Assembly (NCBI RefSeq): GCF_006345805.1
Contig: NC_043000.1
Coordinates: 132,928,001-132,992,000, forward strand
Source: Octopus sinensis
Lineage: Eukaryota
Direction: 5' to 3'
Length of the DNA: 64,000 nt
Positions 12,601-25,135 of the stretch are shown here, piece by piece. The notes under the pieces were generated by a model that was not told the origin of the DNA, searched no databases, and saw only the letters and a program-made list of their open reading frames with translations. Within the stretch, counting starts at the first letter, position 1. Every line of letters starts with the position of its first letter. A program made the position numbers and the translations under genes.

Positions 12601-12768
12601 TATTTTTCCTCCATCTTCCCTTCTTTGGATCTTTCCTTTTCCTATGTTTCTGACGAAGAGCTCCGCTTGAAACGTTAAACCCTCCTTCTTTCATGAGCAT
12701 CCAATAATACTATACTTGTTCCACGTCCTCGCGTTGTTTTCTCTTTGTGTTTTCATGTTTGGATTAAC
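12601..12768 (+). mobile_element. Penelope-like terminal fragment inserted in (TA)n
   Basis: Short element flanked by TA arrays that carries a hammerhead motif. PLE pLTRs are established carriers of minimal hammerheads. Confidence 0.6.
12646..12680 (+). ncRNA. minimal type I hammerhead ribozyme motif (dimer-type)
   Basis: GTTT-CTGACGA-A-GAGC-TCC-GCTT-GAAA-CG-TT-AAAC. Stem I GTTT/AAAC, core CUGACGA and GAAA, stem II with a G-U closing pair, palindromic loopless helix III (AACGTT). Confidence 0.55.
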
Positions 12769-13029
12769 TATATATATATATATACACACACAAACACACA
12801 TATAGTGATTATTTTTTTAATTTGTATTAAGGTAAACTGATATTTTGTTTTTGTTTTTTTAACAACATTGTAAGACTTAAAACAAATATAAACATGTTCT
12901 TGTTGATATCTCTTCCATCGCAGAGATATCAAGAGCTACCCACTGCTTGTAATTATATGTTGTATCATTCCCAGTATATTATACATTTACTGATACGTCA
13001 ATGTCCAACTGATATCTCAGTGTGACCCG

Positions 13030-13330
13030 TTCTGGAAATTGCACAGGAAATCAGGTTTGGATGCTTATCAGACATATTTGCGTGATGATGACATGGTTCT
13101 TATTTTAGAATCTGCAAAACTGCAGAAGAAGCTTGAAATTATGAGAAGTACACTACAGTCTGAAAAGCCAAAGGTTACTAAAACAAAGATTTAAATTACT
13201 CATTTGTGGCAGGGGTCCTCAAAGGCAAAGTGATCTCATTTGGTATGCAGGAAGAGAATAACCATAAACTCATCACTGAAGGGGAGGGGTCAAAAATACA
13301 ATAGGCTCTCTGAGAAGACTGACTACAAAG
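13030..13330 (+). mobile_element. old RTE-group RT fragment
   Basis: Decayed LEIAQEIRFGC..DDMVLILES..LQKKLE..KVTKTKI, resembling the YADDLVL..KVNxxKTKV region. Confidence 0.55.
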
Positions 13331-13459
13331 AAAAACTTTAAATATTACATCAGAGTGGGCTCTGGCATGAGCTGACCTGACATGAATTAAAGAACATGGA
13401 ATGCTTGGATGAGTACGAAATGCATTAGATAATAGTTGTGGAACATTTGTTCCTCGTTT

Positions 13460-13700
13460 TGCCATCATTGTTGTTGTTGCTGTTGTGATGGTGGTGGTGG
13501 CAGTGGGGGTGGTGGAAGTGTTGTTGGTGGTGGTGGTGGTGGTGGCGGCAGTGGTGGGGTTTGGTCTTGGTAGCAATTGTAGTGGGGGTAATGGTGGTGG
13601 TAGTGGTGGTGGTAATGGTGTTGGTGGTGGTGGTGGTGGTGGTAGTGGTGCTTGATGATAATAATGACAATTATGGTAATGATAATGACTGTTGTGGTGA
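13460..13700. repeat. (GGT/GTT/GAT)n compound trinucleotide repeat
   Basis: Directly visible. It is the source of the poly-T, poly-H and poly-V ORFs. Confidence 0.95.
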
Positions 13701-14049
13701 TGAGGTGGATTTTGGCTTCCTACATTGCAATTCTGTTTTGAATTCCTCTGCTTTTCATTTCACAAAGATATTAGCTCTACTGGTTATTATACCTGAATAA
13801 ATAGATACTTTTCTTTACAGCCTTCACCTTTTTAATCACTTTTGTTATATTCTCCAGCTCTTCTTTTATCCACCACCTCAGTCATCCATTTTAGTCTTTC
13901 TATTTCATCTCCCCCCCCTCCATTCTCTCTCTCCTTCTCTCTCTCCTCCCCCTCTCACGCACACACACACACACCACAGAGTAAGATATGGTCCTCTCAT
14001 CTGTTGGCTCCTAGCAAAATGGTCCAACCCATGGAAAGTAGACACAAAA

Positions 14050-14420
14050 TGATGATGATATATACATGGTTCTGGGTTCAGTCCCACTGCATAGTACCTT
14101 GGGCAAGTGTCTTCTATTATAGACTTGGGCCAACCAAGGCCTTGTGAGTGAACTTGGAAGATGGAAACTAAAAGAAGCCCATCAAATATACATACATGTG
14201 TATCTTTGTGTCTGTGTTTGTCCCCCCCTCCACCACCACCACCACTTAACGTTAAAGGCATCCGATACAGTGCTGCATGGTTGATGTTAGGAAGGGCATC
14301 CAGCCGTAGAAACCAAGCCAAAACAGACTGGAGTCAGGTAAAGCTCTCTGGTTTACCACTTCCAGTCAAACTGTCCAACCCATGCCAGCATGGAAAACAG
14401 ATGATGAAAATGATGATGAA
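14050..14420 (+). mobile_element. decayed SINE-C plus SINE-D 3' part
   Basis: C body (gggttcagtcccactgc..gggcaagtgtctt) followed by the D tail with (GAT)n. Confidence 0.7.
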
Positions 14421-14611
14421 AAAAAAAAGAAGAAAAACAACAAACATGAAGATAGGCACAAGAAGCATATTAACTTGTAGCTCGGTAAAAGGAGAGAGTT
14501 TAATGTTTTGTGCATAGCTCTTCATTGGGAAGGAGAAAGAGTAAAGTCCAAAGAAGGAGGAGGAGGAGGAGAAGAAATCACCAATGGGCCACATGTAATT
14601 ACATTACTAAA

Positions 14612-14650
<39 letters not shown>

Positions 14651-14654
<4 letters not shown>

Positions 14655-14983
14655 AGGCGCATGGCTCAGTGGTTAGTGTCGTGCTTACGATTGTGAGGTT
14701 GTGAGTTTGAATCCCGGACTGAGCTGCGTGTTGTGTTCTTGAGCAAGACATTTTATTTCACGTTGCTCCACTTAACTCAGCTGTAGAAATGAGTTGCAAC
14801 ATCACAAGTGACATGCTGTATCAGCCTTTGCCTTTCCCTTGGATAACACTGGTGGCGTGGAGAGGGGAGGCCGATATGCATGGGTGACTGCTGGTCTTCC
14901 ATAAACAACCTTGACCGACTTGTGCCTGGGAGGGTAACTTTCTAGGTGCAATCCCATGGTCAGTCATGACCAAAGGGTGTCTA
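14651..14983 (+). mobile_element. tRNA-derived SINE, family E
   Basis: A-box TGGCTCAGTGG, B-box GTTTGAATCCC, central ttgagcaagaca..ctcagctgtagaaatgag block. Near-identical copy at 40973-41300. Confidence 0.85.
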
Positions 14984-15040
14984 AGCGGTTTTATATATAT
15001 ATATATATATATTAGAAGGTTTGGAGGTGATGTACAGGTG

Positions 15041-15226
15041 ATATTAGAAAAAATAAGGTACTCAGAAATCGGGATGTTTTTATAAATCATATATTTGCGC
15101 TTGCATCTACTCTAGTACTCTTGATGCAAGTGCTAATATATGATTTATAAAAACATGTGACATATTAATAAAAATCTGTAAATGTACAACCATCCAGATT
15201 TCTGAGTACTTTATTTTTTCTAATAT
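15041..15226. mobile_element. short doubly palindromic element (MITE-like or inverted PLE ends)
   Basis: 36-bp outer inverted repeats (15041-15076 and 15191-15226, 2 mismatches) plus an inner ~34-bp hairpin. Confidence 0.55.
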
Positions 15227-15479
15227 ATATATATAAATATACACATACACACACAAAAGAAAGAGGCACACAACACATTAAGTAGGAATTACATATATTA
15301 TTATTCAAAACAGTTTGATTCAGGCCATAAAGTTTCTAAGGCTTGTTACAGGAACCTTAGCTTGTTAGACTCATGCAATTCAGCTGCTTGTGCCTGATGA
15401 GCTAGGTTGCAGTAACGAGCCTATGAAAGTTGCATGGGGCTGAATCAAACTGTTTTAAAGAATAACAACAAACAACAAC

Positions 15480-15499
15480 AACCATATATATATATGGTG

Positions 15500-15546
<47 letters not shown>

Positions 15547-15816
15547 TACATATATATACATATATATACATATATATACATATATATACATATATATACT
15601 ATATACACATATATACACATATATATACATATATACACATATATTACATATATACACATATATATATATTACATATATGTATATATATACATATATTATA
15701 CATATATGTAATATATACATATATGTATATATATATGTATATATATATATAATATGTATATAGTATATATATGTATAATATATATATAATATAATGTATA
15801 TATATATATTATATGT
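15480..15816. repeat. compound (TA)n/(TACA)n array
   Basis: Directly visible. Confidence 0.95.
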
Positions 15817-18800
15817 ACGGCACAAACAAGAACCCCAAATATGCCGCTATTCACTGCGCCAGAGACTCTGCACAAATAGTGACTGCATCTCTTCACGCAT
15901 CTACCCAGCACTAGAAACGCATTACCGGCCAAGGCCAAACACGCATCCCACAATAACATCAACACCACCAAATAGTTAAATCGAAATTCAAAACACACAC
16001 AACTCGGAGTCCCAAATCTGCCGGTATTCCAACGTGAGAGAACATGTCTACTGAGTGACTGTCCTTCACTCATCTTCCAGGGACCCGACGCACAAACAGA
16101 AACGGGGCCTCAAGCCAACACACAAACCTGAATAACATAAAAAATAAAACACACCATGCTGCACTAATGCTGGTCCATTCTTTTCAGGAAGACACAAAAA
16201 CAACAACAACAAAAGTGGAAACTACACCCTATCCAACAGTGCAACCACACCTCCAGCCAAAAACTGCTCCCTAAGCAGGAAAATTCTTTTTTAGCCATGT
16301 TGAACATGGCAAAAGAGATACACAAAAACATTCTAGCCATCACTCAACCATCTATGCTATGTACCCCAGTGCAACCAATTCCCAATTCCCCACATGCTGC
16401 CACTAACACACCCAAAAAATCCAAGCCCCTGCAACAGTCAAAACCAGCCACTACACTAACCTCCACATTCCTACTCAATGCACAAGGTGTCAGCCCTTCA
16501 TCAATGCACAAAAATGGAAGGTCCAATTCATTGAAGACTGGGTTGGTAACCATTCACACCACATCCCTTTCTTCATTCTCACTGAGACCCACCTTGACAC
16601 TCCCACTTGGAAGCCGAAGTGAGAGTGAAGAATTTCACAACCATCCGCGCGGATCGTATCGGCAGGAGGAAGGGTGAACTGCCATTTTCCTGCATGATTC
16701 ATTTACGGCAGATGGAAATAGTATATCCCAACGGCTACTGTGAATCATCACCGTGCACAACAAAGCCAATGACCTGACAGTAATTGGGCTCTATAGGCCG
16801 CCCCAAACACCCATACTGTGCTTTAAAGAATGCCTCAACAGCATTAAGTGCTTTATTCAACAGTGCCATTCTAGCAACATACTCATGATGGGAGACTTCA
16901 ATCTACCCTGTGTTGACTGGACTACAAACTGTTTGAAACCAAGCACTCCCGCCTCAACCGCTGACAAAGAAGCAGCAGAGTCACTTTTCGACTTTACGAA
17001 TGAGTTTTTCTTGTCCCAACTTGTCCTTGCACAAACAAGACATCAGAACATTTGACCTATGTTTAGTAACCACACTAACACTATACATAACGTTACAGTG
17101 GAAAAAACCCTTCTTTCAGACCATGACATGGTCTCTGTAACATGAAATTCCACCAGCCGAAAGCTAATCCTAGTGACCTTCCTCCAGCCCACCCATTTGA
17201 CAACATGGATCTCCATAAAGCCACTGGGATGCAATCAGGACGAGCTATCAAATGTGACTGGTCCTTTACACATACACACATCTCCACCAACCATAAAACA
17301 TCTTGGCAGATCTTTGTGACCACCGTCACAGACTATGTGCAAACACTCCCCACCAAGACCTGTGAACAAAAAGTGCAGAATCCCCCAAAACAGAAAAACC
17401 ATTATCAGAAAAATAAAAAGAACAAACAAAAAAATTAACAACTAAAGTACTGCCAACAGCAACACACACATTCGACGGCTATCGCACTGCTTGAATCCAA
17501 AAAAATATAACCTCCACAATGCATGAAGACCTCATCAATAACCAAAGATCAGCTGAGGAGAGTGGGGGCCATTAAAAAATCAAACTCAACCCCAAAGTGT
17601 TCTTTTCATTTGCGAGGAAACGCAGGGTCACTGTCTCACTGTAGCCCTCTAATTGACGAAACTGGCACTCTCCAAGATAATGCCAAATCCATGGCCGAGA
17701 TACTGCAGAAACAATCTGCTCTGTTTTCAGCAATCCTGAATATGGCCGATCTGGGCTGTATCAGTGATGTCAACCCCCAACCACTCTATCGGACATAACG
17801 TTTAGTGCCCCTGATGTCTTAGCGGCGATAAACGAAAGAAAACACAATTCACAGCAGTAGGCCCGATAGGTTCCCTGCTTGTGTCCTGAAGGTGTGTCGA
17901 CACCAACTTGCATCTCCCCTTGCTAATCTGTGGAGAAACTCACTGGATGCTGGCTATATTCCAAAAAACCTTCTGTCCCAGTCTGTTGTCCCAGTTTTCA
18001 AAAAGGGAAACAAGTCCCTTGCAGTGATTACCGTCCGATCTCACTCACCTCTCATATCATCAAGGTATTTGAGAGGGGGTGAGATCTCGAATAACCCAAT
18101 TTCTGGAAAGCAACAGACGGCTGATCTCCAACCAACATGGGTTCCGTAATGGAAGGGACTGCCTAACGCAGCTCCTGCATCACTTTGAGGACATTTTGAG
18201 AGCTTTGGGAGAGGGCTCCAACACCGATGTCATCTACCTTGATTTCAGTAAGGCCTTCGACAGGGTCGATCACAAGATCCTATTGAAAAAACTATCCAAC
18301 ATTGGTGTCTCTGAAAGTTACTGAAATGGATTAAGTGTTTCCTGACAGACAGATCTAACATGTTGTAGTTGAAGGGGTAAAATCAAGCCCAGCCAGTCAG
18401 TATGTGCATTCCGCAAGGCACTGTGCTGGCCCACTTCTTTTCATCATTTACATTAATGACATTAATGACATCATCAAGCACAGCAACATAAAAATCTTTG
18501 CAGATGACTCCAAGCTACAGAAGGTCATAAATGAGGCGAGTGACCGGACATGCCTTCAGTCAGATCTACTGGCTGTTATCCATGGGCAGAAAAAAACAAT
18601 ATGCTGCTGAACGAGGATAAATTTGAGCTAATCCACTTTGGAAAAGAGGATGCCCTGAAACTCCCATACTCCCTTCCTTCAGGTGAAACTCTCGCGGCGT
18701 CCAACACTCAGAGACTTGGGAGTAATTGTGGACAACAACGTAAGCTGGGCCACTCATATAAACACCAAAGTTGACATGGCCCGCAGAATGTGTTCCTGGA

Positions 18801-19457
18801 TTCTCAGAACTTTCCAGTCAAGAGATATCCACACCATTATCCTTCTCTTCTCCACTTTTGCCCGACCCCACCTTGAATACTGTTGTCCACTGTGGTCTCC
18901 CCACACAATACAAGGTATCATATAAAAGTTGAAGCACCTCCAAGGGCAATCACAAAAAAGATAGATGGCATGACAGGCCTCGACTATTGGGGTCGGCTAG
19001 AAAAGCTAAAACTCTATTCTCTCCAACGTCGTCGTGAGCGCTACATCATCTGCATGATGTGAAAATATTCCATCAGCATTGCCAAATGATGTTGGCATCA
19101 CCTTTAGGTACATCCAAGGCTTGGGCCCCGTGCCATCCGCCCAAAACAAAAATCGCACTCTCATCTCATAACAACAATACGGCACAATTATTTTTCACCT
19201 CAATTGGCCCCGCTCTCTTTAACATACAACACCAAAACCATTAAAACAGAAACTGACCCTATAGGGTTCAAGAAGTCTTTGGACAGATTCCTTCAAGAAA
19301 TCCGGATAAACCCCCTACACCTGGATATGTCTCTGTAACAATAACTCTCTACTTGAGTGGGCCATAGTGCCCAAATTCTGACTTGAAAGACTTCACCAGG
19401 TGGTTGCTATTAAGTTAGACATGGCCTGGGCCAATAATGGCCGAAACCTATCAAAGT
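15817..19457 (+). mobile_element. degenerate CR1/L2-group LINE (ORF1 remnant, APE endonuclease, RT)
   Basis: Frameshifted motifs ICRYSLRQRLCTNSDC (CCCH-like), VIGLYRPP, MGDFNLPCVDW, SDHDMV, NQHGFRNGRDCLTQL, YLDFSKAFDRVDH, GPLLFIIYIND, IFADDSKL, LRDLGVIVD and RPHLEYCCPLWSP. Confidence 0.92.
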
Positions 19458-19467
19458 ATATATATAT

Positions 19468-19640
19468 TAGCCAGATTGGAGCAATCTCAAGATTAATCAG
19501 CTGAAACTGCGAGGATGATCTGGTTCTTGACTGAAGATAAAAGGCTTTGAATGGCTTGTCCTTGTTTTTTTGTATCGTCTATCTGGATGTTTTGTTGTCC
19601 CTTTTTGTATCACCTACTTTTGCATTCTTGTCCCATTTTG
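19468..19640 (+). mobile_element. probable Penelope-like terminal fragment between (TA)n tracts
   Basis: Contains CTGAAGA..GAA..GTC, a decayed hammerhead-like core. TA arrays on both sides. Confidence 0.35.
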
Positions 19641-19649
19641 TATTTTATT

Positions 19650-19729
19650 TTATATATATATATATATGTATGTATGTATGTATATGTATACATATAAATG
19701 TTATATATATATATATATACATATAAATG

Positions 19730-19807
<78 letters not shown>

Positions 19808-20125
19808 CATCAGCTGTAGAAAACATGCCAAAACAGGCTATGGACCCTGCTGCAGTTTCTCACCTTGCCAGCTCCTGTCAATCTATCCAACCCACATCGG
19901 CTTGGAAAACGGACATTAAACAATATATACCATGCATACATATATACATTTACATAACATTCAATCTCATAAACATATTTATGCATATACATGAAAGAAA
20001 GAGATAGTGAGAGGGAGAGGAGAGAGAGAGAGAAAAGGAGAGGAGAGAAAAGGATAGGAGAGACAAAGAGGGGAGAGAAAAGGAGAGGAGAGACAATGAG
20101 AAGGAGAGAAGGAGAGAGAGAGGAG
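19650..20125. repeat. (TA)n-(GA)n arrays and GA-rich low-complexity tract with a SINE-D fragment
   Basis: Directly visible. D tail at ~19805-19920. Confidence 0.9.
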
Positions 20126-20469
20126 TGGTATATTATAACTTACAGAGATGTCTGTTTAAACAAAATTATTTTAGTTTTAAATAGCAGTCAGAACAAACTT
20201 TTTTTCTTTTGCACATTTCTTATCATGAAGCTGCTTGCTTTGCAGTAAAGAACTAGCCAAAGTATATCATGTCTTGCCAAAAAGGTGAAATGTAATCTTT
20301 TCTGAAATACTGAAATGCTTTTTTACTTTATCCATTTCTTCATTCAGTCTTCTTTTAAGACTACATGAATTATTATTAAGACTATTTAAACACGTAGTAA
20401 AATGCAGGAAAGACTTCTGGCTATAATAGAATGTGTAACCTTTTAACAGACAACAGAATAAGTAGTTTA

Positions 20470-20514
20470 TATATTATATATATATATATATATTATATAT
20501 ATATATATATATAT

Positions 20515-20561
<47 letters not shown>

Positions 20562-20628
20562 CTATACATATATATATAATATAATATTATATTATATATA
20601 TATACATATACATATATATATATTATAC

Positions 20629-20669
<41 letters not shown>

Positions 20670-20885
20670 ACATATATATATATATATACATACATACCTA
20701 TAATAATACATATATATACATATACATATACTATATATATTATATTATATACATACATATATATATATATACATATATACATATACATATCTATACATAT
20801 ACATATACATATATACATATACATATATATAATATATATATATATATATTATACATACATACATACATACAAACATACATTATGT
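20470..20885. repeat. compound (TA)n/(CA)n/(TACA)n array
   Basis: Directly visible. Confidence 0.95.
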
Positions 20886-21415
20886 ATACACTTTACACAA
20901 GCTGTCTCAACTAATTCTGCTAAAGTCCAACAAGGTAGAAGTGGAATGGTTAAACAAGCAGGTGGAAACAAGGTGATAGCATGTGCCAATCAATTTTTTT
21001 GATAGATAAAAAAATAAAGTTATGATGACAAAAAAAAAAAAAAAAAGGAAAATGAATCCTAAGTGACAATATGTCTTGATTACAGAAAGATATCCAATTT
21101 TATTCCTCACTCAATGTTGCTTCTGTCACAGCACTTGGCAAAACTGCTTCTGTTGCCCCAGTCACTGCCATTGAAAAGCTCACAAAGACCTGGTCAACAA
21201 CCCTTCTAATTGTGACTAAAAACTGAATGATAATCTCTGATGCTCAGCTTATTTTTGGTACTAGGTCCACTATAATTTCTTCTGTAAAAGTCTAATGGGT
21301 ATGTGTTAAGCTCTACAACAGAAAGTGACATTAAAGTTATACAATTTTCTTTTATAATAGATCTCCTGTGCTGTACAAAGAGAAATAAATATAGTGGCAA
21401 CATATTTAGTTGATG

Positions 21416-21662
21416 TGGAGGCGCGTGGCTTAGTGGTTAGGGTGTCAGCATCATGATTGTAAGATTGTGGTTTCGATTCCTGGACCAAGCGATGCGTTGT
21501 GTTCTTGAACAAACACTTCATTTCACGTTGCTCCAGTCCACTCAGCTGGCAAAAATGAGTAACGCTGTGATGGACTGGTGTCCCATCCAGCCGGAGAACA
21601 TATACGCCATAGAAACCGGGAAATCAGGCCCACGAGCCTGGCTAGGTTTTAAAAAGGGCGCA
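21416..21662 (+). mobile_element. SINE with an E-type head and an alternative tail
   Basis: Head and central block as in 14651. Tail gatggactggtgtcccatccag..gaaaccgggaaa is shared with 58874-59172. Confidence 0.8.
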
Positions 21663-22286
21663 TTTTTTTTTTTAATATTTAGTTGATACAATGATGAAAT
21701 TTGTTCGTACTTATTTGATAGTTGAACACAGACAACTTTATGAACCGTAACATCAATTGTCTCTCATCCTTTCACATTCTGCCCAGTGAACATAACATAT
21801 ACTTATGTGTAGATTAAAATGTATCAAAGAGTGGAACCATAACTGTCACTGAAAACTTATTTTAGCAGACTTTAAAAAATGTATATATATCTATTGGAGC
21901 TTTTGTCTTATAACAAAACAATATCTCACAATGCAATTCGTAATACCAGTATCAGTATGAGCATTTGGAATATTTAACTGGTTTATAGAGGAAATTCACT
22001 CCATAGATATTAGATCCTGCAAGATTGAGTCACCAATTTGAAATTTGTGTGGAAATGAATAATTGAATAATAATAATAATAATAGGCTTTGTCTCAAAAA
22101 AAAAAAAAATTAAAAGAAAAAAGACAAAAAAAAAAGACAAGAAGAGAGGCTTCAGATCAATAAAGACATTCTTTGAATGTCATATGGAGTCATTAATATA
22201 ACACATCTGCAAACCAACAACAGTAAAACCAAGTACTCAAAAGTGAAGAAGACAAGTTGAATGTGAAGTCTTCAAGAAATACTCAC

Positions 22287-22319
22287 TTCTTGAAGGCATA
22301 CCACATGATTCCAGAGCTG
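22287..22319 (-). other. candidate 33-nt exon
   Basis: cttctctag| acceptor and AA|gtgagt donor; all frames open. Unverified. Confidence 0.2.
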
Positions 22320-22793
22320 CTAGAGAAGTTTAAACTTCACAAAGATCTAAGGAGAAACACTCTCCATATAGGCTGTGTGGTTAAGAAACTCGCCTTCCGA
22401 CTACATAGTTTGGGATTCAGTCCCACTGTATAGCACCTAGGGTAACTGTCTTCTACCATAGTGCTCCAGTCTGACCAATGCCTTGTGAGTGAATATGGTA
22501 GATGGAAACTGTGTAGAGGCACACACAAACACACACACACACATCAATGTGAATAAGTCTTTGTATCTGTGTATGTTGCCCTCACCCACCATTTGACAGC
22601 TGTTGGTTTGTTTATACTTCAGTGACTTAGTGGTTTGGCAAAAGACATTGATAGAATAAGTACCAGACTTAAAATGAGTATGAGGATTGATTTGTTTGAT
22701 TAATCCCTTCAAGGAGCATCCCAGCATGACCATGGTCCAATGATTGAAAAAAGTAAAAGATAAAAGATACCAAGCAAACAAAAAAAAATAACG

Positions 22794-22999
22794 ATGATGC
22801 AGCACGGAATTTTGTCAGTGAACAGGTCGCGGTCTCAAAGTGACGAAAATATTTTGACAAATTAAATTTAAATGTTGAAGTGAATCTAACGGATTTTATG
22901 TGTTTCTTAAATGGCTTATAAACACCTTCCATGTTGCAATTGTTTTCGTTCCAGCACACAATCTCAGATCAGGTCACTTGCTATGCAAGTACATCTCCG
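22794..22999 (+). mobile_element. 5'-truncated copy of the long-hairpin element (loop plus right arm, poly-A end)
   Basis: Matches 32497-32690 and ends ctccg(A)13. Confidence 0.8.
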
Positions 23000-23219
23000 A
23001 AAAAAAAAAAAATCTAATGATGTTTCCTGTCGTCTTGAAGAAGATGATGCTACAAGAAGTGTAGCCTTTCTTGGATTCATGACCATTGCATAATGTCACA
23101 TTTAAAGATTATAATTTTGTAATCCAAAAATAAAGGGGAGCTAAAAAAAAATACCCAATAAATAAAAAGAACAAGACTTTAAATGCTTGAACTGTGACTA
23201 ATAATGTCGATTATGTCAA

Positions 23220-23520
23220 TTCCATTTAATTGAGACTGATCTTAATATCAACAGAACTGAGAATTTCAACATCCTTGATAAAATTTTGATACTACGGATT
23301 GCTAAACATTATGATCCAAATGGAGTTTTATGTTCATCCAAGACTCTGCACCAGAATGTGGTTCAAAGCATATACAGGATCATTTGAAGAGGAAACTTCA
23401 ACTATTTGTCTCCCAAAAATTCTGGCCTTCTAGCTCACCATGTAGCTTGGATGTGGGGCATCACTGAAGATAAATCCAATCCAATGTAACATCTTGCACG
23501 TGAACCCTATATTAACCCTT
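23220..23520 (+). mobile_element. decayed Tc1/mariner-type transposase fragment
   Basis: FIQDSAPECGSKHIQDHLKRKLQLFVSQKFWPSSSP, matching the QQDxAPxH..WPxxSPDLNP region. Confidence 0.7.
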
Positions 23521-23796
23521 TGCCTATTATGGGCATCACATGTTATGCACAGAACATATTTCCCTGGTCTCCATACATCATATATGATACACATTCTCAA
23601 TTTTATTCAACCACTAGAGTAAGTTGGGACTCATGAAAAGAAAACTTTATGTTAATCAGAACATATGCAACAAGAATCAATTAAAAGTCTTAAAATAAGC
23701 ATGGACATTCAGGACAAACTTATGAAAGTGTTTTGGACAGGTAGAGGGTTAAAAGGACAGGTAAAGGGCTAAAGGGTTAAAGAGCTAAAGGGTTAA

Positions 23797-24200
23797 GCTC
23801 GCCAGCAGAACCGTTAGCACGCCAAGCGAAATACGTAGCCGTATTTCGTCTGCCGTTACGTTCTGAGTTCAAATTCCGCCAAGGTTGACTTTGCCTTTCA
23901 TCCTTTCGGGGTTGATAAATTAAGTACCAGTTACGCACTGGGAGTCAATGTAATTGACTTAATCCATTTGTCTGTCCTTGTTTGTCCCCTCTATGTTTAG
24001 CCCCTTGTGGGTAATAAAGAAACAGGTATTTCATCTGCCGTTACAGTCTGTGTTCAAATTCCGCCGAGGTTGACTTTGCCTTTCATCCTTTCAGGGTCGA
24101 TAAATTAAGTACCAGTTACACACTGGGGTCGACTTAATCCCTTTGTCTGTCTTTGCTTGTCCCTTCTATGTTTAGCCTCTTGTGGGCAATAAAGAAATAA
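23797..24200 (+). mobile_element. tandem SINE-B (full copy plus 5'-truncated copy)
   Basis: Two head-to-tail B bodies flanked by aagggttaa on both sides. Confidence 0.85.
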
Positions 24201-24730
24201 GGGTTAAATCTACTCTAGTGTGTTACTGGTACTCAGTGTCTTGCGCTGAAGGAATGAAAGAAAACATAGTTTTGAGTAGATTTTGAACTCAGAATGTAGC
24301 TAGGTGAAACTAAAAGCTATAAATCACTTCATCTCAGTGCTTTGGCGTCTCTACCAGCTTGATGAAACAACATCTCAGTGATATATTGAAGTAGGTAACT
24401 TAATTTATGAGCTACAAGATTTATTCTCCAATACAAGTCAGATCAAAAGAATCCACAACAATTTGTAAATAAATAAAAATAAAAATCTGTTTAAGAAACC
24501 AGCTAATTATGTACAGGATTTTTGGTGCTACTTTCTAAATGTCTAAACATTTAAATTTCAAATTACTGAAGTTTAAATGTTTGGTATTCATAGCTGAGTG
24601 TTTGCACACATTGCCTTTTTTAAAATGTTATATCAAAGAATTTTCAGAACAAAAAAAAAAAAGACAAAAACATATGTACACACACATACACACACACACA
24701 AATACACACACATGTGCAAATACACAAATG

Positions 24731-24764
<34 letters not shown>

Positions 24765-25135
24765 TTCTTTCACTCTCTGAGTGAGGATAATTTCTTTTGA
24801 TTAAAGCCAGAGTCAATTTTTATAAGGGAGAGGTATACAATCAATTAGGTTGACCTCACTATATTACTGATTCTTATTTTATCAACAACTATGGATAGAT
24901 GAAAGTCAAAGCCATCTCATAGCAGGATTTAAATAATGAGGAAAGGTACAAAACTAGATAAAGAAAAAAGAAAATGAAGAACTGGTAAGAATTTTGTTAT
25001 GCTAGAAATATAACTTGCATTATTTTGTATAAGAATTACGTTTGTCCAGACTTGTAACTTCTCATCAACATTTTATTTGTCTTGTCGGAAGCTATGAATT
25101 AGAGGGAATTAAGAATTAAGGTAACAGGTGCAGGT

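Noticed and set aside
12903-12932. Small hairpins (11-bp stem here; 14-bp stem at 37662-37697)
   Set aside because: Short AT-rich stems are expected by chance or as MITE remnants, and there is no further support.
15402-15825. Many 60-140 aa ORFs rich in Y/I/H/T/V/C
   Set aside because: Translations of (TA)n, (CA)n and (GGT)n microsatellites. The same applies at 5771, 13196, 20431, 38804 and 42307.
21244-21246. In-frame TGA as a possible selenocysteine codon
   Set aside because: No SECIS identified, no homology, and the opposite strand is equally open.
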